64,000 nt of DNA from Candidatus Aldehydirespiratoraceae bacterium (GTDB taxonomy: Bacteria; Actinomycetota; Acidimicrobiia; Acidimicrobiales; Aldehydirespiratoraceae). Location of the stretch: assembly GCA_965198365.1 (NCBI GenBank), contig OZ240617.1, forward strand, positions 1,029,988 through 1,093,987, in the 5' to 3' direction. The position numbers and the translations under genes are program-made. Below the pieces are notes generated by a model, which was given only the letters and a program-made list of their open reading frames with translations, was not told where the DNA came from and ran no database searches. This document shows, piece by piece, positions 18,453 through 27,128 of this stretch. The stretch's first letter is position 1, and every line of letters starts with the position of its first letter.

Positions 18453-18747
18453 GATTTGGTTTGCGGCCACACCAGGCGGTGATCGGCCCGTATTGGTGCT
18501 CACTCGCGATCCAGTCGCGGGGCGAGTCGGGTCAGTAGTAGTTGCTGTGCTCACCCGCACGCATCGCGGTCTTGTGTCCGAGTTGGAACTCAATGTCTCC
18601 GGAGACGGTGTGCCCACGGACTGTGTGGTGAACTTCGACAACATTCACACGATCCCGCGGACTGTGTTCCGTCGCCGAATAACCGCGCTCAGTCCCGCAC
18701 GCCTGGCCCAAGCCTGCCAAACCCTCCGCGACGCCACCACCTGCTGA
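18439..18747 (+). CDS. mazF: MazF/PemK-family endoribonuclease toxin
   Basis: MKRGEIWFAATPGGDRPVLVLTRD... typical PemK N-terminus; about 100 aa. Confidence 0.8.
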   Translation: MKRGEIWFAATPGGDRPVLVLTRDPVAGRVGSVVVAVLTRTHRGLVSELELNVSGDGVPTDCVVNFDNIHTIPRTVFRRRITALSPARLAQACQTLRDATTC

Positions 18748-18879
18748 ACCCGACCGCGCAGCCGGCCAAGTGGTTTGGCCCGATCAGGAGGTGTCCAGGT
18801 CGTTGCTTGCGCGGCCCCCGGCGAGAGGCCCGGCACGGCGTCGGTGCTGTGGTTCGGAATTGGTCGGGTTTTTCTGTTT

Positions 18880-19150
18880 CGGCAGGCTGGCGTCACCGGT
18901 GTCGGCGGGATTCCCCGGTGTCAATCGCCCGGTTTGGGTTCCCCGTCTTGACGCCTGCTTCGTCGGTCGGGTTGCCCGTTTCGGGTTGTTCGGGTTGACG
19001 GTGCCCGCTGAGTCGGTTGGGGTGCACGGTCTCGGTTGGGGTATCCGGGTTGGCTGCGACCGCTGTGTTGGTTGGATTGCCCGGTATCGGTTGGGGTTCC
19101 CGGCTCGACTGGGTCGGCCGCGTTGGTTGGGTTGGGGGGTTTGAGGTGGA
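18880..19150. repeat. degenerate GGTTGG-rich repeat tract (related to 2160-2420)
   Basis: Read directly. Overlaps the 3' end of the HNH ORF, where it encodes a Pro/Thr/Arg-rich tail on the minus strand. Confidence 0.6.
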
Positions 19151-20285
19151 ACTTGCCGGTGTCGGGGTCTCGGTTGACCTGCCAGCCGTCGTCGTGGATT
19201 TTGTGGTGGCAGTCATCACATACCAGCGCGAGGTTTTCAAGGTCCGTCGGTCCGTTCTTTGACCACCAAATGATGTGATGCGCGCGGCACCACAGTGGGT
19301 TGGCTCCGCAGCCGATGCAGTGTTGGTCGCGAGCGATCAACGCGACTCGTTGAGCTTCAGAAGCGGTGCGTTGTCTAAGCCCCAGCCACATGTCTTGTGC
19401 TTTGGTGTCGAAGATCGAAGGCAACAAGTTGGCTTCGAGCGCCAGGCGATGCAACTCAACGATCGGTATCGGTGAACCGTCAGCCAACCGGGGATTGTCC
19501 AGTTGTTGTTTGAGCACATCGAAATCAGCGATCACCAACAGATCAGTGCCGGCAGACCTGCCGCTTGCTGGTTCGCAGATCAACTCAGCCAACGCGTCAG
19601 CCATCCGCTGCTGGGGTGTGGCACGCGTTTTGGGATCCTCGCGGTGCCACAACTGTCGTTCTTTGGCTGTCAACGCGGTCGCGATACGTGCACCCGTGAT
19701 CTGATCAAACTCACCTGTCAACACGAACATGCCCGACTCTGATGACTCGAAGATTCTGGCTTTGCGGTTGGAGCGTTGACGATCCAACAAGGCCTGCCCG
19801 TCATCGTCGGCTCTGTCTTGTTGATGACGTTTCACAGTCCGGGCGAACTCATCGTAAGACTCAGTGCCGGCGGCTTCGACAAGCAACTCCTCATCGATTG
19901 GGCTCTCAGAAGAAACACGAGCGATCAACCGGGCGTGACCTTGGGGGATCTCACCAGACTCCAACGCCTCACTAGTGGCAGGCAACTCCGCCAACCGGGC
20001 CGCGGTTTCAACATCGCGTTTGGCCTCACGCTTCGAGGCCTGCAACTCGTCACGAACCAGACGTTGCGCATCCGCGGTGCTGTGACGGCGGCTCAGCTCA
20101 GCCAACGCCCGGGATCTCATCGCTGTCAACCGAGACTCGGCGCGGCCCAACACCTTCAGGTGTGACCGCAACGCGTCATCAGACAACCCCTTCTCATCGA
20201 CGCGCCCGACACAGACCGACCCGGCGGTGCCGCAACCGACACCGACAGAGGGGTCCAACAGACCGGAGGCAGGAGCTGATTCCAT
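18921..20285 (-). CDS. DUF222/HNH endonuclease-domain protein ('13E12-repeat'-type)
   Basis: CIGCGANPLWCRAHHIIWWSKNGPTDLENLALVCDDCHHKIHDDGW HNH motif with a long helical N-terminal region. Start at MESAPASG (20285). Confidence 0.8.
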   Translation of the reverse strand: MESAPASGLLDPSVGVGCGTAGSVCVGRVDEKGLSDDALRSHLKVLGRAESRLTAMRSRALAELSRRHSTADAQRLVRDELQASKREAKRDVETAARLAELPATSEALESGEIPQGHARLIARVSSESPIDEELLVEAAGTESYDEFARTVKRHQQDRADDDGQALLDRQRSNRKARIFESSESGMFVLTGEFDQITGARIATALTAKERQLWHREDPKTRATPQQRMADALAELICEPASGRSAGTDLLVIADFDVLKQQLDNPRLADGSPIPIVELHRLALEANLLPSIFDTKAQDMWLGLRQRTASEAQRVALIARDQHCIGCGANPLWCRAHHIIWWSKNGPTDLENLALVCDDCHHKIHDDGWQVNRDPDTGKFHLKPPNPTNAADPVEPGTPTDTGQSNQHSGRSQPGYPNRDRAPQPTQRAPSTRTTRNGQPDRRSRRQDGEPKPGD

Positions 20286-20672
20286 GCACACAACCTTAGA
20301 CACAGGGTGTGACAACGACCCCTGTAAACCCTTCAAATATCATAGAAATGTTGAAAACAGTACAGGTCTGATCCCTCGACATGGTGAAACCAGCAAGCGG
20401 CCCAACCAAAGAGCCACAGCAAACAAGGCGAAACCCATTCAGACTCATCAGCGCAATGCGCGTGGGGCAGGAAACGTGCCGCTTCCAGCTTCACAAACGA
20501 CCGGAGTGTTTTGGCGTGCGAGGTGTGGGAGTTGGGGGTGCTGGATCCTGCTACGCCCGGGTTCACGCAGGGACGGGCGTTCCGGCGTGCGAGGTGTGGG
20601 AGTTGGGGGTGCTGGATCCTGCTACGTCCGTCTCCACACCCAACCCAGGAGCATCAGCGCAATGCGTGCGGG

Positions 20673-21008
20673 TTAGCTGGGGCCCCAGCGGCTGGCGATG
20701 ATCTTGTCCCGTTCAGCGGGGTCGGTGATGGAGACAGTGGAGGTGGGCGTACGGTGCCAGAAGATCTCCTGGTCGCCCTTGCGTTCCTGGATGGGATGGC
20801 CGGACGGTTCGATACTGATACGGGCCAGTTGGTTGCCGTCTACGGTGTGGAACTCCCAATCGATGAGGGCGAGAGCAGCGTCGCCAAGGCGGGAGCGGAC
20901 GAGGTTCTGCAGGTGTTGGCCCCATAGGTCGTGGTCGCCCCGCTCACCGCGTTTGGTGAAGGTGGCATAGTCGTCTTCCAAACCGTGGATGGAGCCGTCG
21001 TCGGCCAC
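20673..21008 (-). pseudogene. remnant of an hsdR C-terminal AlbA_2-like domain
   Basis: The 111-aa translation is nearly identical to the last approx 110 aa of the 1162-aa HsdR ORF (ADDGSIHGLEDDYATFTKRGERGDHDLWGQHL...). No upstream helicase part. Confidence 0.8.
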
Positions 21009-21018
21009 GCCGATCGGC

Positions 21019-21207
21019 TCAGTCGGTGGTGCGGTCGTCGCAACGCAACCGAATCGCTGCCAGAAACTCTTCGTCGCTGTAGTAGCGCGCGGCTATCTCA
21101 TCCTCTGGCAGATCGGGAACACTGCCGACACTGGCATCCATCTCGGCGAGCGTGACAGTCCGTTCGTTTGTGTCGGAGACGGGGTCGGCTCCGGGGATGG
21201 CGCACAC
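21019..21207 (-). CDS. small acidic protein (paralog of 27129..27317)
   Basis: 62 aa. Shares RTVTLAEMDASV.SVPD.PEDEIAARYYSDEEFL.AIRLR with the copy upstream of hsdR. May be non-functional here. Confidence 0.45.
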   Translation of the reverse strand: MCAIPGADPVSDTNERTVTLAEMDASVGSVPDLPEDEIAARYYSDEEFLAAIRLRCDDRTTD

Positions 21208-21388
21208 GGTTTCGTCCCTTTCGATCCCGAACGGTCACTACGATGTTAGTCCCCAAGGGGTTTGCGACGCACGACACGAATCCACGGCTGTGGGCCTTTC
21301 GCCGCGACGAAGACTTGGCCGGCAACTCGGCTCACCGCTAATTCCTATGCAGTGTCTGTAGATTGCGGGGATTTGGCAGACTGTCGGG

Positions 21389-22780
21389 GTGACGGGGCTG
21401 ATCCGCAACTCTGTTGATCCCGCGGGGTTGTCGCAAGCCCATGTGGTTGAGGCTCTCTCTCGCCTTGCAGCCCGGGATGGGGAACTGGCACGCTCGGCAG
21501 ATCAGGCCTATGAGATGTTGACGTGGGGGGAGGGGCCGGGTGTGCTGCGGCAGGCCGGATTGCACTACTGGCTCTGGTATGTGGTGCCCACCAAGTACAT
21601 TACCGACGAGGCAGGGTACATGGGCCGCTTGGCCAATGGGGCCGCTGCGCTGTTCGACGAACTGGGTCTGCACGCGTATGCAGCCATTTGCCGTTCGCCC
21701 ACCACCGCGGAGGTGCATGCCGCGTTCGACCGCGGCGATGCCGACGGACGCCGGGCTCTGCGCCGGGCAATGGATAAATCCGGCATCGAACCCCCCGATT
21801 TGGCCGACTTCGCTTGGAGCGACGTGATGGGTGGCGAGGAGGCGTCAGCACGCTCCGCGGTCGAGGATGCGCTTGAGCAGGCGATCGCGGCCGGCGATGT
21901 GGTGGTGGGCGCTCGTGGCTGGCGTGGAGCGCAGGCAGCGGCGGCGGAGGCCGTGTTGAACGGCGATCACCCAGAGCTGCCGGGCCAGTCGTGGCGCACC
22001 GTGGTGGTCACCGAGAGGCTTGAGCAGTGGGTCGGCGCGGCCCAGCGTCGCAGTCGCCTGCTGGGACCGGCCCGAGCTGCGGTCGCGAACCGGCTGCTGC
22101 ACCCCGTCGAGCCCCCAAGCGGCGTCTCTGTTGCGGTTGGTCCATTGGTGTGGTTCCTGGATCGCCACGGCGACGAACAGCCGTTGACCCAGGCCGGGTA
22201 TCTAGCGCCGTCGTTCGTGAGGTCGCTGCAATCGCGTCCATGGGATCTCGAGCCCCCAATGTATGGCCAGCCGCGTACCGAAGGCGACGACATCGTTCTG
22301 TTGGCCCTGCGGGAATGGTTGCAAAACGCCGGGGCGCTCCGCAAGCGCAAGTCGAAGCTCATGCGAACCGCCGCGGGGGCGGCAATGGCAGCGGACCCGG
22401 CCCGAGCGTGGAGTGTTCTGACTCGACACTTGGTGCCGCGGGGGTGGGACGGCTTCGTAGCGGAGACGGCGCTGCTGCACCTGCTCGACTCCAAGGGCCG
22501 CGATGTGGAAGTGTCCGACGACGATGTGCTCGCGTTCGTGGCGGAAGCTGCCCAAGACATGGGATGGACAACCTCAGACGGCGGAGCGAGGCGATCGCCC
22601 TCGGACCGCGACGTGGCATGGGCGTTGTTCGAAATTCGCCCAGTGTGGGAGGCGTGCGGGCTAGTCAACTCCCAGGAAAGCTGGAAGGACCGGCGCTTCG
22701 GGTTGAGCGAGTTGGGCGAAGCAGCGGCACTCAGCTGCCTGCGCCACGGCGCCGTCGGGCCACGGACCTCGCTGGAGTAA
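21389..22780 (+). CDS. hypothetical protein (463 aa), no recognised domain
   Basis: Longest ORF of the region. Overlapping alternative-frame ORFs are Arg/Pro-rich shadows. No motif recognised. Confidence 0.55.
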   Translation: MTGLIRNSVDPAGLSQAHVVEALSRLAARDGELARSADQAYEMLTWGEGPGVLRQAGLHYWLWYVVPTKYITDEAGYMGRLANGAAALFDELGLHAYAAICRSPTTAEVHAAFDRGDADGRRALRRAMDKSGIEPPDLADFAWSDVMGGEEASARSAVEDALEQAIAAGDVVVGARGWRGAQAAAAEAVLNGDHPELPGQSWRTVVVTERLEQWVGAAQRRSRLLGPARAAVANRLLHPVEPPSGVSVAVGPLVWFLDRHGDEQPLTQAGYLAPSFVRSLQSRPWDLEPPMYGQPRTEGDDIVLLALREWLQNAGALRKRKSKLMRTAAGAAMAADPARAWSVLTRHLVPRGWDGFVAETALLHLLDSKGRDVEVSDDDVLAFVAEAAQDMGWTTSDGGARRSPSDRDVAWALFEIRPVWEACGLVNSQESWKDRRFGLSELGEAAALSCLRHGAVGPRTSLE

Positions 22781-22846
22781 GCCGGCAGGCCGAGGACTTC
22801 CATGGCTGAGGGCGCGACTATTCTGAGAGTTGACGCAAAGCCGCGT

Positions 22847-22981
22847 GGTTTACGTTTTTTAGGGATTGAGCCCGTAAACGTAAACCTCTGGCACGATTTT
22901 GGGTCATAGGTTTACGTTTCTGGAGATCTGAGCCTGTAAACGTAAACCTCTGGCACGATTTGAGGTATGTGGTTTACGTTT
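22847..22981. repeat. 62-bp tandem repeat x2.2, each unit with a palindrome GGTTTACGTTT-N18-AAACGTAAACC
   Basis: GGTTTACGTTT at 22847, 22909 and 22971. Partner AAACGTAAACC at 22876 and 22938. Shared tail TCTGGCACGATTT. AT-rich relative to its surroundings. Confidence 0.85.
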
Positions 22982-23219
22982 CTCGTTTCACCGCACCCAG
23001 TACCTCCGGGACGCCCTGCCACTCGTCGAGCGGGACGGGTTCGGCTCGGTCGCTCAGGGCTGCATCCGGGCTGACAACAAATGCTGCCGAGTCATCGGAG
23101 TCGAGTCCTACGATGCTCTGTGCGTGCTTGGCGGCTGTGGTTGTTTTGCCACAAGCGCGCGGTCCGATCAGCATTACCGTCGGCAGTTCGTCGACCAGCC
23201 TGGGTATATAGCGCTCCAC
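22974..23219 (-). pseudogene. truncated AAA ATPase (AAA_14/DUF4143-type N-terminus, 81 aa only)
   Basis: VMLIGPRACGKTTTA Walker A. The ORF stops (TAA) inside the third GGTTTACGTTT repeat. Family members as I recall them are roughly 400 aa. Confidence 0.65.
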
Positions 23220-23566
23220 GTCAACAGTGGATGCGAATTTCGGTAGTGATTACCGGTTTTGCACGGTATTGACTACCGAAATCGCACAGATTGCGAATCT
23301 GGTCGGGGAGTCGGTGCTAGCGGGGTTGGCAGGGGCACCGGGAACCAGCAGGCCACCCAGCCAAGGAGCCAGAACAAACAACGCGAAACCCCAGCCCCGA
23401 CCCATCAGCGCGATGCGCGTGGGGTGGGAAACTCGCCACTCCTAACTTCACGCGGGGACGCGGGGGCGGGGTGTGTCGGCGTCCCAGGTGAGGGGTTGGG
23501 GGTTCTGGATCCCGCTACGTCCAACTTCACGCCCAGCCCAAGTGCGTCAGCGCGATGCGTGTGGGG

Positions 23567-26500
23567 TTAGCTGGGGGGCCAGCGGCGGGCGATGATCTTG
23601 TCGCGTTCGGCGGGGTCGGTGATGGAGAGAGTGGAGGTGGGGGTGCGGTGCCAGAAGATTTCCTGGTCGGCCTTGCGTTCTTGGATGGGATGGCCGGATG
23701 GTTCGATACTGATGCGGGCAAGTTGGTTGCCGTCTACGGTGTGGAACTCCCAATCGATGAGGGCGAGAGCAGCGTCGCCGAGGCGGGAGCGGACGAGGTT
23801 CTCCAAGTGTTGGCCCCATAGGTCGTGGTCGCCCCGTTCGCCGCGTTTAGTAAAGGTCGCGTAGTCGTCTTCCAGACCGTGGATGGAGCCGTCGTCGGCC
23901 ACGCCGATCAGCAGGGTGCCACCGAATTTGGAGTTGGCGAACCCGGCGATGGTCTTGATGGCGGTGTCCTCGGTAACGCCTCCTTTGCGCTGCGCTTTGA
24001 TGTCCCAGCGCAGCGTGGATTTGTATTCCAGGTGCAGCGACTCGCGGTCAGGTCCGATCAGGTCGCCGATGGGGCAGGTTCGTTGTCGGGCGACGGTCGC
24101 ACGCTTCTGCACGTCGGGAGCAAACAACGCGATGAGAGCACTTTGCAATTCGCTGTTGTCCAGATAGCTGAACACCAGTTTGTCGTTGCGGTCGAGGCGT
24201 GACAGCAGTGCGTCTTGGAACCGCGCGGGGAACACATGGTCGCGGAACGTGGCCTCATCATTGTTGGTTGCCTGGTTCTGTATCTCGATATCGGAGACCA
24301 GGTCTCCTGCGGCGGCTTGGAACACGAGTTTGTCTTCCTCGGTCCAGTCCGTACCGAAGCGTTCGTTGAAGCGGGCGATGATCTCCGAAAGGTGTTCGGC
24401 TTCGAGATCGGCGAGTGGGCCCGCGCCGGAGTAGATCGTGGTCACCTCGGCTTCGCCGCTCGGCAGTTCAATCGAGCCCTCGAAGGTCAGGTCGTGCCGC
24501 AGGTGTGTGAGTTCTACTTCGGCACCCAGGTTGATGCGGTCGGTGCCTGTGCGGTCACGGATCAGTGCGGCCAAGGCTCGACAGAAGCGGTAGTCGCGCT
24601 CGAGCTCGGCGTTGCGGAACCGCACCACGAGCGACAGGAAGCTGTACACACGCACAAACCGGCCCAGAGCGTCGCGAAAAGAGTCCTGGTCATCTTCGGA
24701 GAGTGCATTGAACCGGTCAACGGCCGGTTGCATGGCTGCGTCGATCTGGGCGTGGGTGCCTTCGCTCAACAGCAGGGTGGAGGCACGCTCCATCTCTCCC
24801 TGGTCGAGCACATCGAACCGGTCGAGTTCGTGACGGGTGTCGAACAGCAGGTTGGGGTCGGTGGGCGGGGCGACGGTCTTGCCGTGGTAAACGGCGAATG
24901 CTTCTTGAATCTCATCGGCTTCGTTCACGAAATCAACGACGAACGTTCCTGTCTTGGCGGGGTGGATCCGGTTGAGCCTTGAGAGGGTCTGAACAGAGGC
25001 CAGTCCGGTGAGTGTCTTGTCGACGTACATGGCGGCGAGCTTGGGCTGATCGAAACCGGTCTGGAACTTCTCGGCGACCACCATGATCTGCCATTCGTCG
25101 GTGTCGAAGCGTTGAGCGGTCTGCGACTCTCCGAAGCCGTTGGCCCTGGTCTCGGTGAGTCCGTCAACCTCGCCGGAGAACGCCACGAGCACGCCGAGGT
25201 CGTAGCCGAGGTTGTTGGCATGGCTCCGCAGCGCTTTCCACATCCGCACGGCATGGGGCCGTGACGAGCACACCACCATCGCTTTGGCTTTCCCTCCGAC
25301 TTGGCCGGCAATTTTGCGACGGAAGTGCTCGACGATGATCTCGGCTTTCTGCGCCAGATTGTCTGGGTGAAGTGTCACAAATCTGGCGAGCGCGCTGCGG
25401 GCCTTGCTGGTGTCGTATGCGGGATCGTCGAGGATTGATTTTTCGAGATGGAAGTACTGGTTGTAGGTGAGATAACCGGCCAGCACATCCATGATGAAGC
25501 GTTCTTCGATGGCTTGACGCATGGGGTACAGGTGGAAAGGCTCGTGTTTGCCGTCTCTGACCTCGCCGAACATCTCGAGGGTGCGGCCTTTGGGTGTGGC
25601 GGTGAACGCGAAGAAGGACAGGTTGGGCTGAGGACCCCGCGCTGTCACCGCTTCTGCGAGCAGTGTTTCGGCGTCGGTCGGTTCGTCTTCGCTGTTCGCC
25701 TCAACCTCCGGCTCGGCAGAACCCAGAGCACGACGCAGCTCAGCGGCGGCCTGACCGGTCTGCGAGGAGTGGGCTTCGTCGACTATGACCGCATAGTTGC
25801 GTTCAGGTACCTGTTCGATCTTGTCGAGGATGTAGGGGAACTTCTGCAGGGTTGTGACGATGATCCGGGCCTGCTCACCGACCAGGGCTTCGGCCAACTG
25901 TGCCGATGACTCGTCGATGCGCTGCACGACCCCGATTGCGTGCTCGAACTGGCTGATGGTGTCTTGAAGTTGCCGGTCAAGAACGATCCGGTCGGTGATG
26001 ACCACCACCTTGTCGAACACATTGGTATCGGTTTGGTTGTGCAACGATGAGAGCCGGTGGGCCAGCCAGGCGATCGAGTTGGACTTTCCGGACCCTGCTG
26101 AGTGTTGAACCAGGTAGTTGCGGCCCGCTCCGTTCTCTCTGGCGTCGGCTTCGAGTCGACACACGGCATCCCATTGATGGAACCGGGGGAAGATCACTTC
26201 TGGTCTGGCCCGCGAGCCCTTCGATGGTTTGATCACATGGATGAACCGCTTGAGGATGTCCATCAAGGCGTCGCGGCTCCATAGCTGTTGCCACAGGTAC
26301 GAGGTCCGGTGACCGTCGGGGTTCGGCGGGTTGCCCGCGCCGAGTTTGTGCCCCTGGTTGAACGGCAGGAACCGAGTTCGGGTGCCGGCGAGGTGGGTGG
26401 TCATCGCCACAGAGGATGGATCGACAGCGAAGTGCACCATGCCGGTCCGGCTCAGGGTCCGGTTGCGGTGCGGCCGGTGTCGGTATTGGGCGATGGCATT

Positions 26501-27019
26501 CTCGACGGTTTGGCCTGTGTAGGGGTTCTTGAGTTCGGCGGTGGCCACCGGTATGCCGTTGACGAACAGGGCAAGGTCGATCGTCTGGTTGCTGGAGGGA
26601 TCGAACGGCAGCTGCCGGGTCACCGTCAACACGTTTGCTTCGTAGCGTTCGGCCAACTCCGGCGTCAGCCCATGTGCCGGTTTGAAGTAGGCGAGCTTGA
26701 TTGTGACGTTGCGGTCCACGACACCGTTGCGCAGCACATCCACGGTGCCGCGCTTGTCGAGTTCGGATGCGAGTCTCCGCACGAACCCGGACTGCGCTCT
26801 GTTGGCATCGCCTCCGTAGGCGGAGTCCAGTAGCCGCTCCCACTCTTTTGGCTGGGTAGCCCCGATGAACACGAACAGATCAGCGGTGTCTACGCCCGCC
26901 ACGGCGTCGAAGTCCCTCGGGCCGTCTCCAACGTTTCCGATCTTCACCTGCCGGTAACCGCCGTGTTCAAGTAGCCAGGAGGCGATCTCGTCCTCAAACA
27001 CCGCTTCCGTCAAAGACAT
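23567..27019 (-). CDS. hsdR: Type I restriction enzyme R subunit with a C-terminal AlbA_2-like (Schlafen/divergent-AAA DNA-binding) domain
   Basis: N-terminal nuclease motif IDLALFVNGIPVATAELK, QHSAGSGKSNS Walker A, VIVDEAHSSQ DEAH box. C-terminal ESLHLEYKS...IAGFANSKFGGTLLIGVADDGSIHGL. Start MSLTEAVFEDE with GGAGG upstream. Confidence 0.9.
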   Translation of the reverse strand: MSLTEAVFEDEIASWLLEHGGYRQVKIGNVGDGPRDFDAVAGVDTADLFVFIGATQPKEWERLLDSAYGGDANRAQSGFVRRLASELDKRGTVDVLRNGVVDRNVTIKLAYFKPAHGLTPELAERYEANVLTVTRQLPFDPSSNQTIDLALFVNGIPVATAELKNPYTGQTVENAIAQYRHRPHRNRTLSRTGMVHFAVDPSSVAMTTHLAGTRTRFLPFNQGHKLGAGNPPNPDGHRTSYLWQQLWSRDALMDILKRFIHVIKPSKGSRARPEVIFPRFHQWDAVCRLEADARENGAGRNYLVQHSAGSGKSNSIAWLAHRLSSLHNQTDTNVFDKVVVITDRIVLDRQLQDTISQFEHAIGVVQRIDESSAQLAEALVGEQARIIVTTLQKFPYILDKIEQVPERNYAVIVDEAHSSQTGQAAAELRRALGSAEPEVEANSEDEPTDAETLLAEAVTARGPQPNLSFFAFTATPKGRTLEMFGEVRDGKHEPFHLYPMRQAIEERFIMDVLAGYLTYNQYFHLEKSILDDPAYDTSKARSALARFVTLHPDNLAQKAEIIVEHFRRKIAGQVGGKAKAMVVCSSRPHAVRMWKALRSHANNLGYDLGVLVAFSGEVDGLTETRANGFGESQTAQRFDTDEWQIMVVAEKFQTGFDQPKLAAMYVDKTLTGLASVQTLSRLNRIHPAKTGTFVVDFVNEADEIQEAFAVYHGKTVAPPTDPNLLFDTRHELDRFDVLDQGEMERASTLLLSEGTHAQIDAAMQPAVDRFNALSEDDQDSFRDALGRFVRVYSFLSLVVRFRNAELERDYRFCRALAALIRDRTGTDRINLGAEVELTHLRHDLTFEGSIELPSGEAEVTTIYSGAGPLADLEAEHLSEIIARFNERFGTDWTEEDKLVFQAAAGDLVSDIEIQNQATNNDEATFRDHVFPARFQDALLSRLDRNDKLVFSYLDNSELQSALIALFAPDVQKRATVARQRTCPIGDLIGPDRESLHLEYKSTLRWDIKAQRKGGVTEDTAIKTIAGFANSKFGGTLLIGVADDGSIHGLEDDYATFTKRGERGDHDLWGQHLENLVRSRLGDAALALIDWEFHTVDGNQLARISIEPSGHPIQERKADQEIFWHRTPTSTLSITDPAERDKIIARRWPPS

Positions 27020-27128
27020 CACCGTCACCTCCCCCTCGGCCTGAACGCCCCACACACCCTAGAAGCAAGCGAACTGAACCGTGAAGCCGACCCCCAGGTG
27101 ACTAGATTTCGGCACCTTGAGGTCCGGC

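Larger units (their letters stand above)
20387..21262. repeat. segmental duplicate (deletion derivative) of the hsdR 3' end + downstream region + upstream 62-aa ORF + divergent promoter region
   Basis: Collinear near-identity by eye with 23341-23906 joined to 27127-27372. The junction is ...gccacgccgatc|ggctcagtcgg at about 21012. Confidence 0.85.

Noticed and set aside
22847-22981. Possible CRISPR array (regular 62-bp spacing of a repeated motif); the same question arises for 57476-57645
   Set aside because: There are only 2-3 units. The 'spacers' are themselves conserved between units, so these are true tandem repeats. The internal palindrome arms are 18 nt apart, and there are no cas genes in the window.
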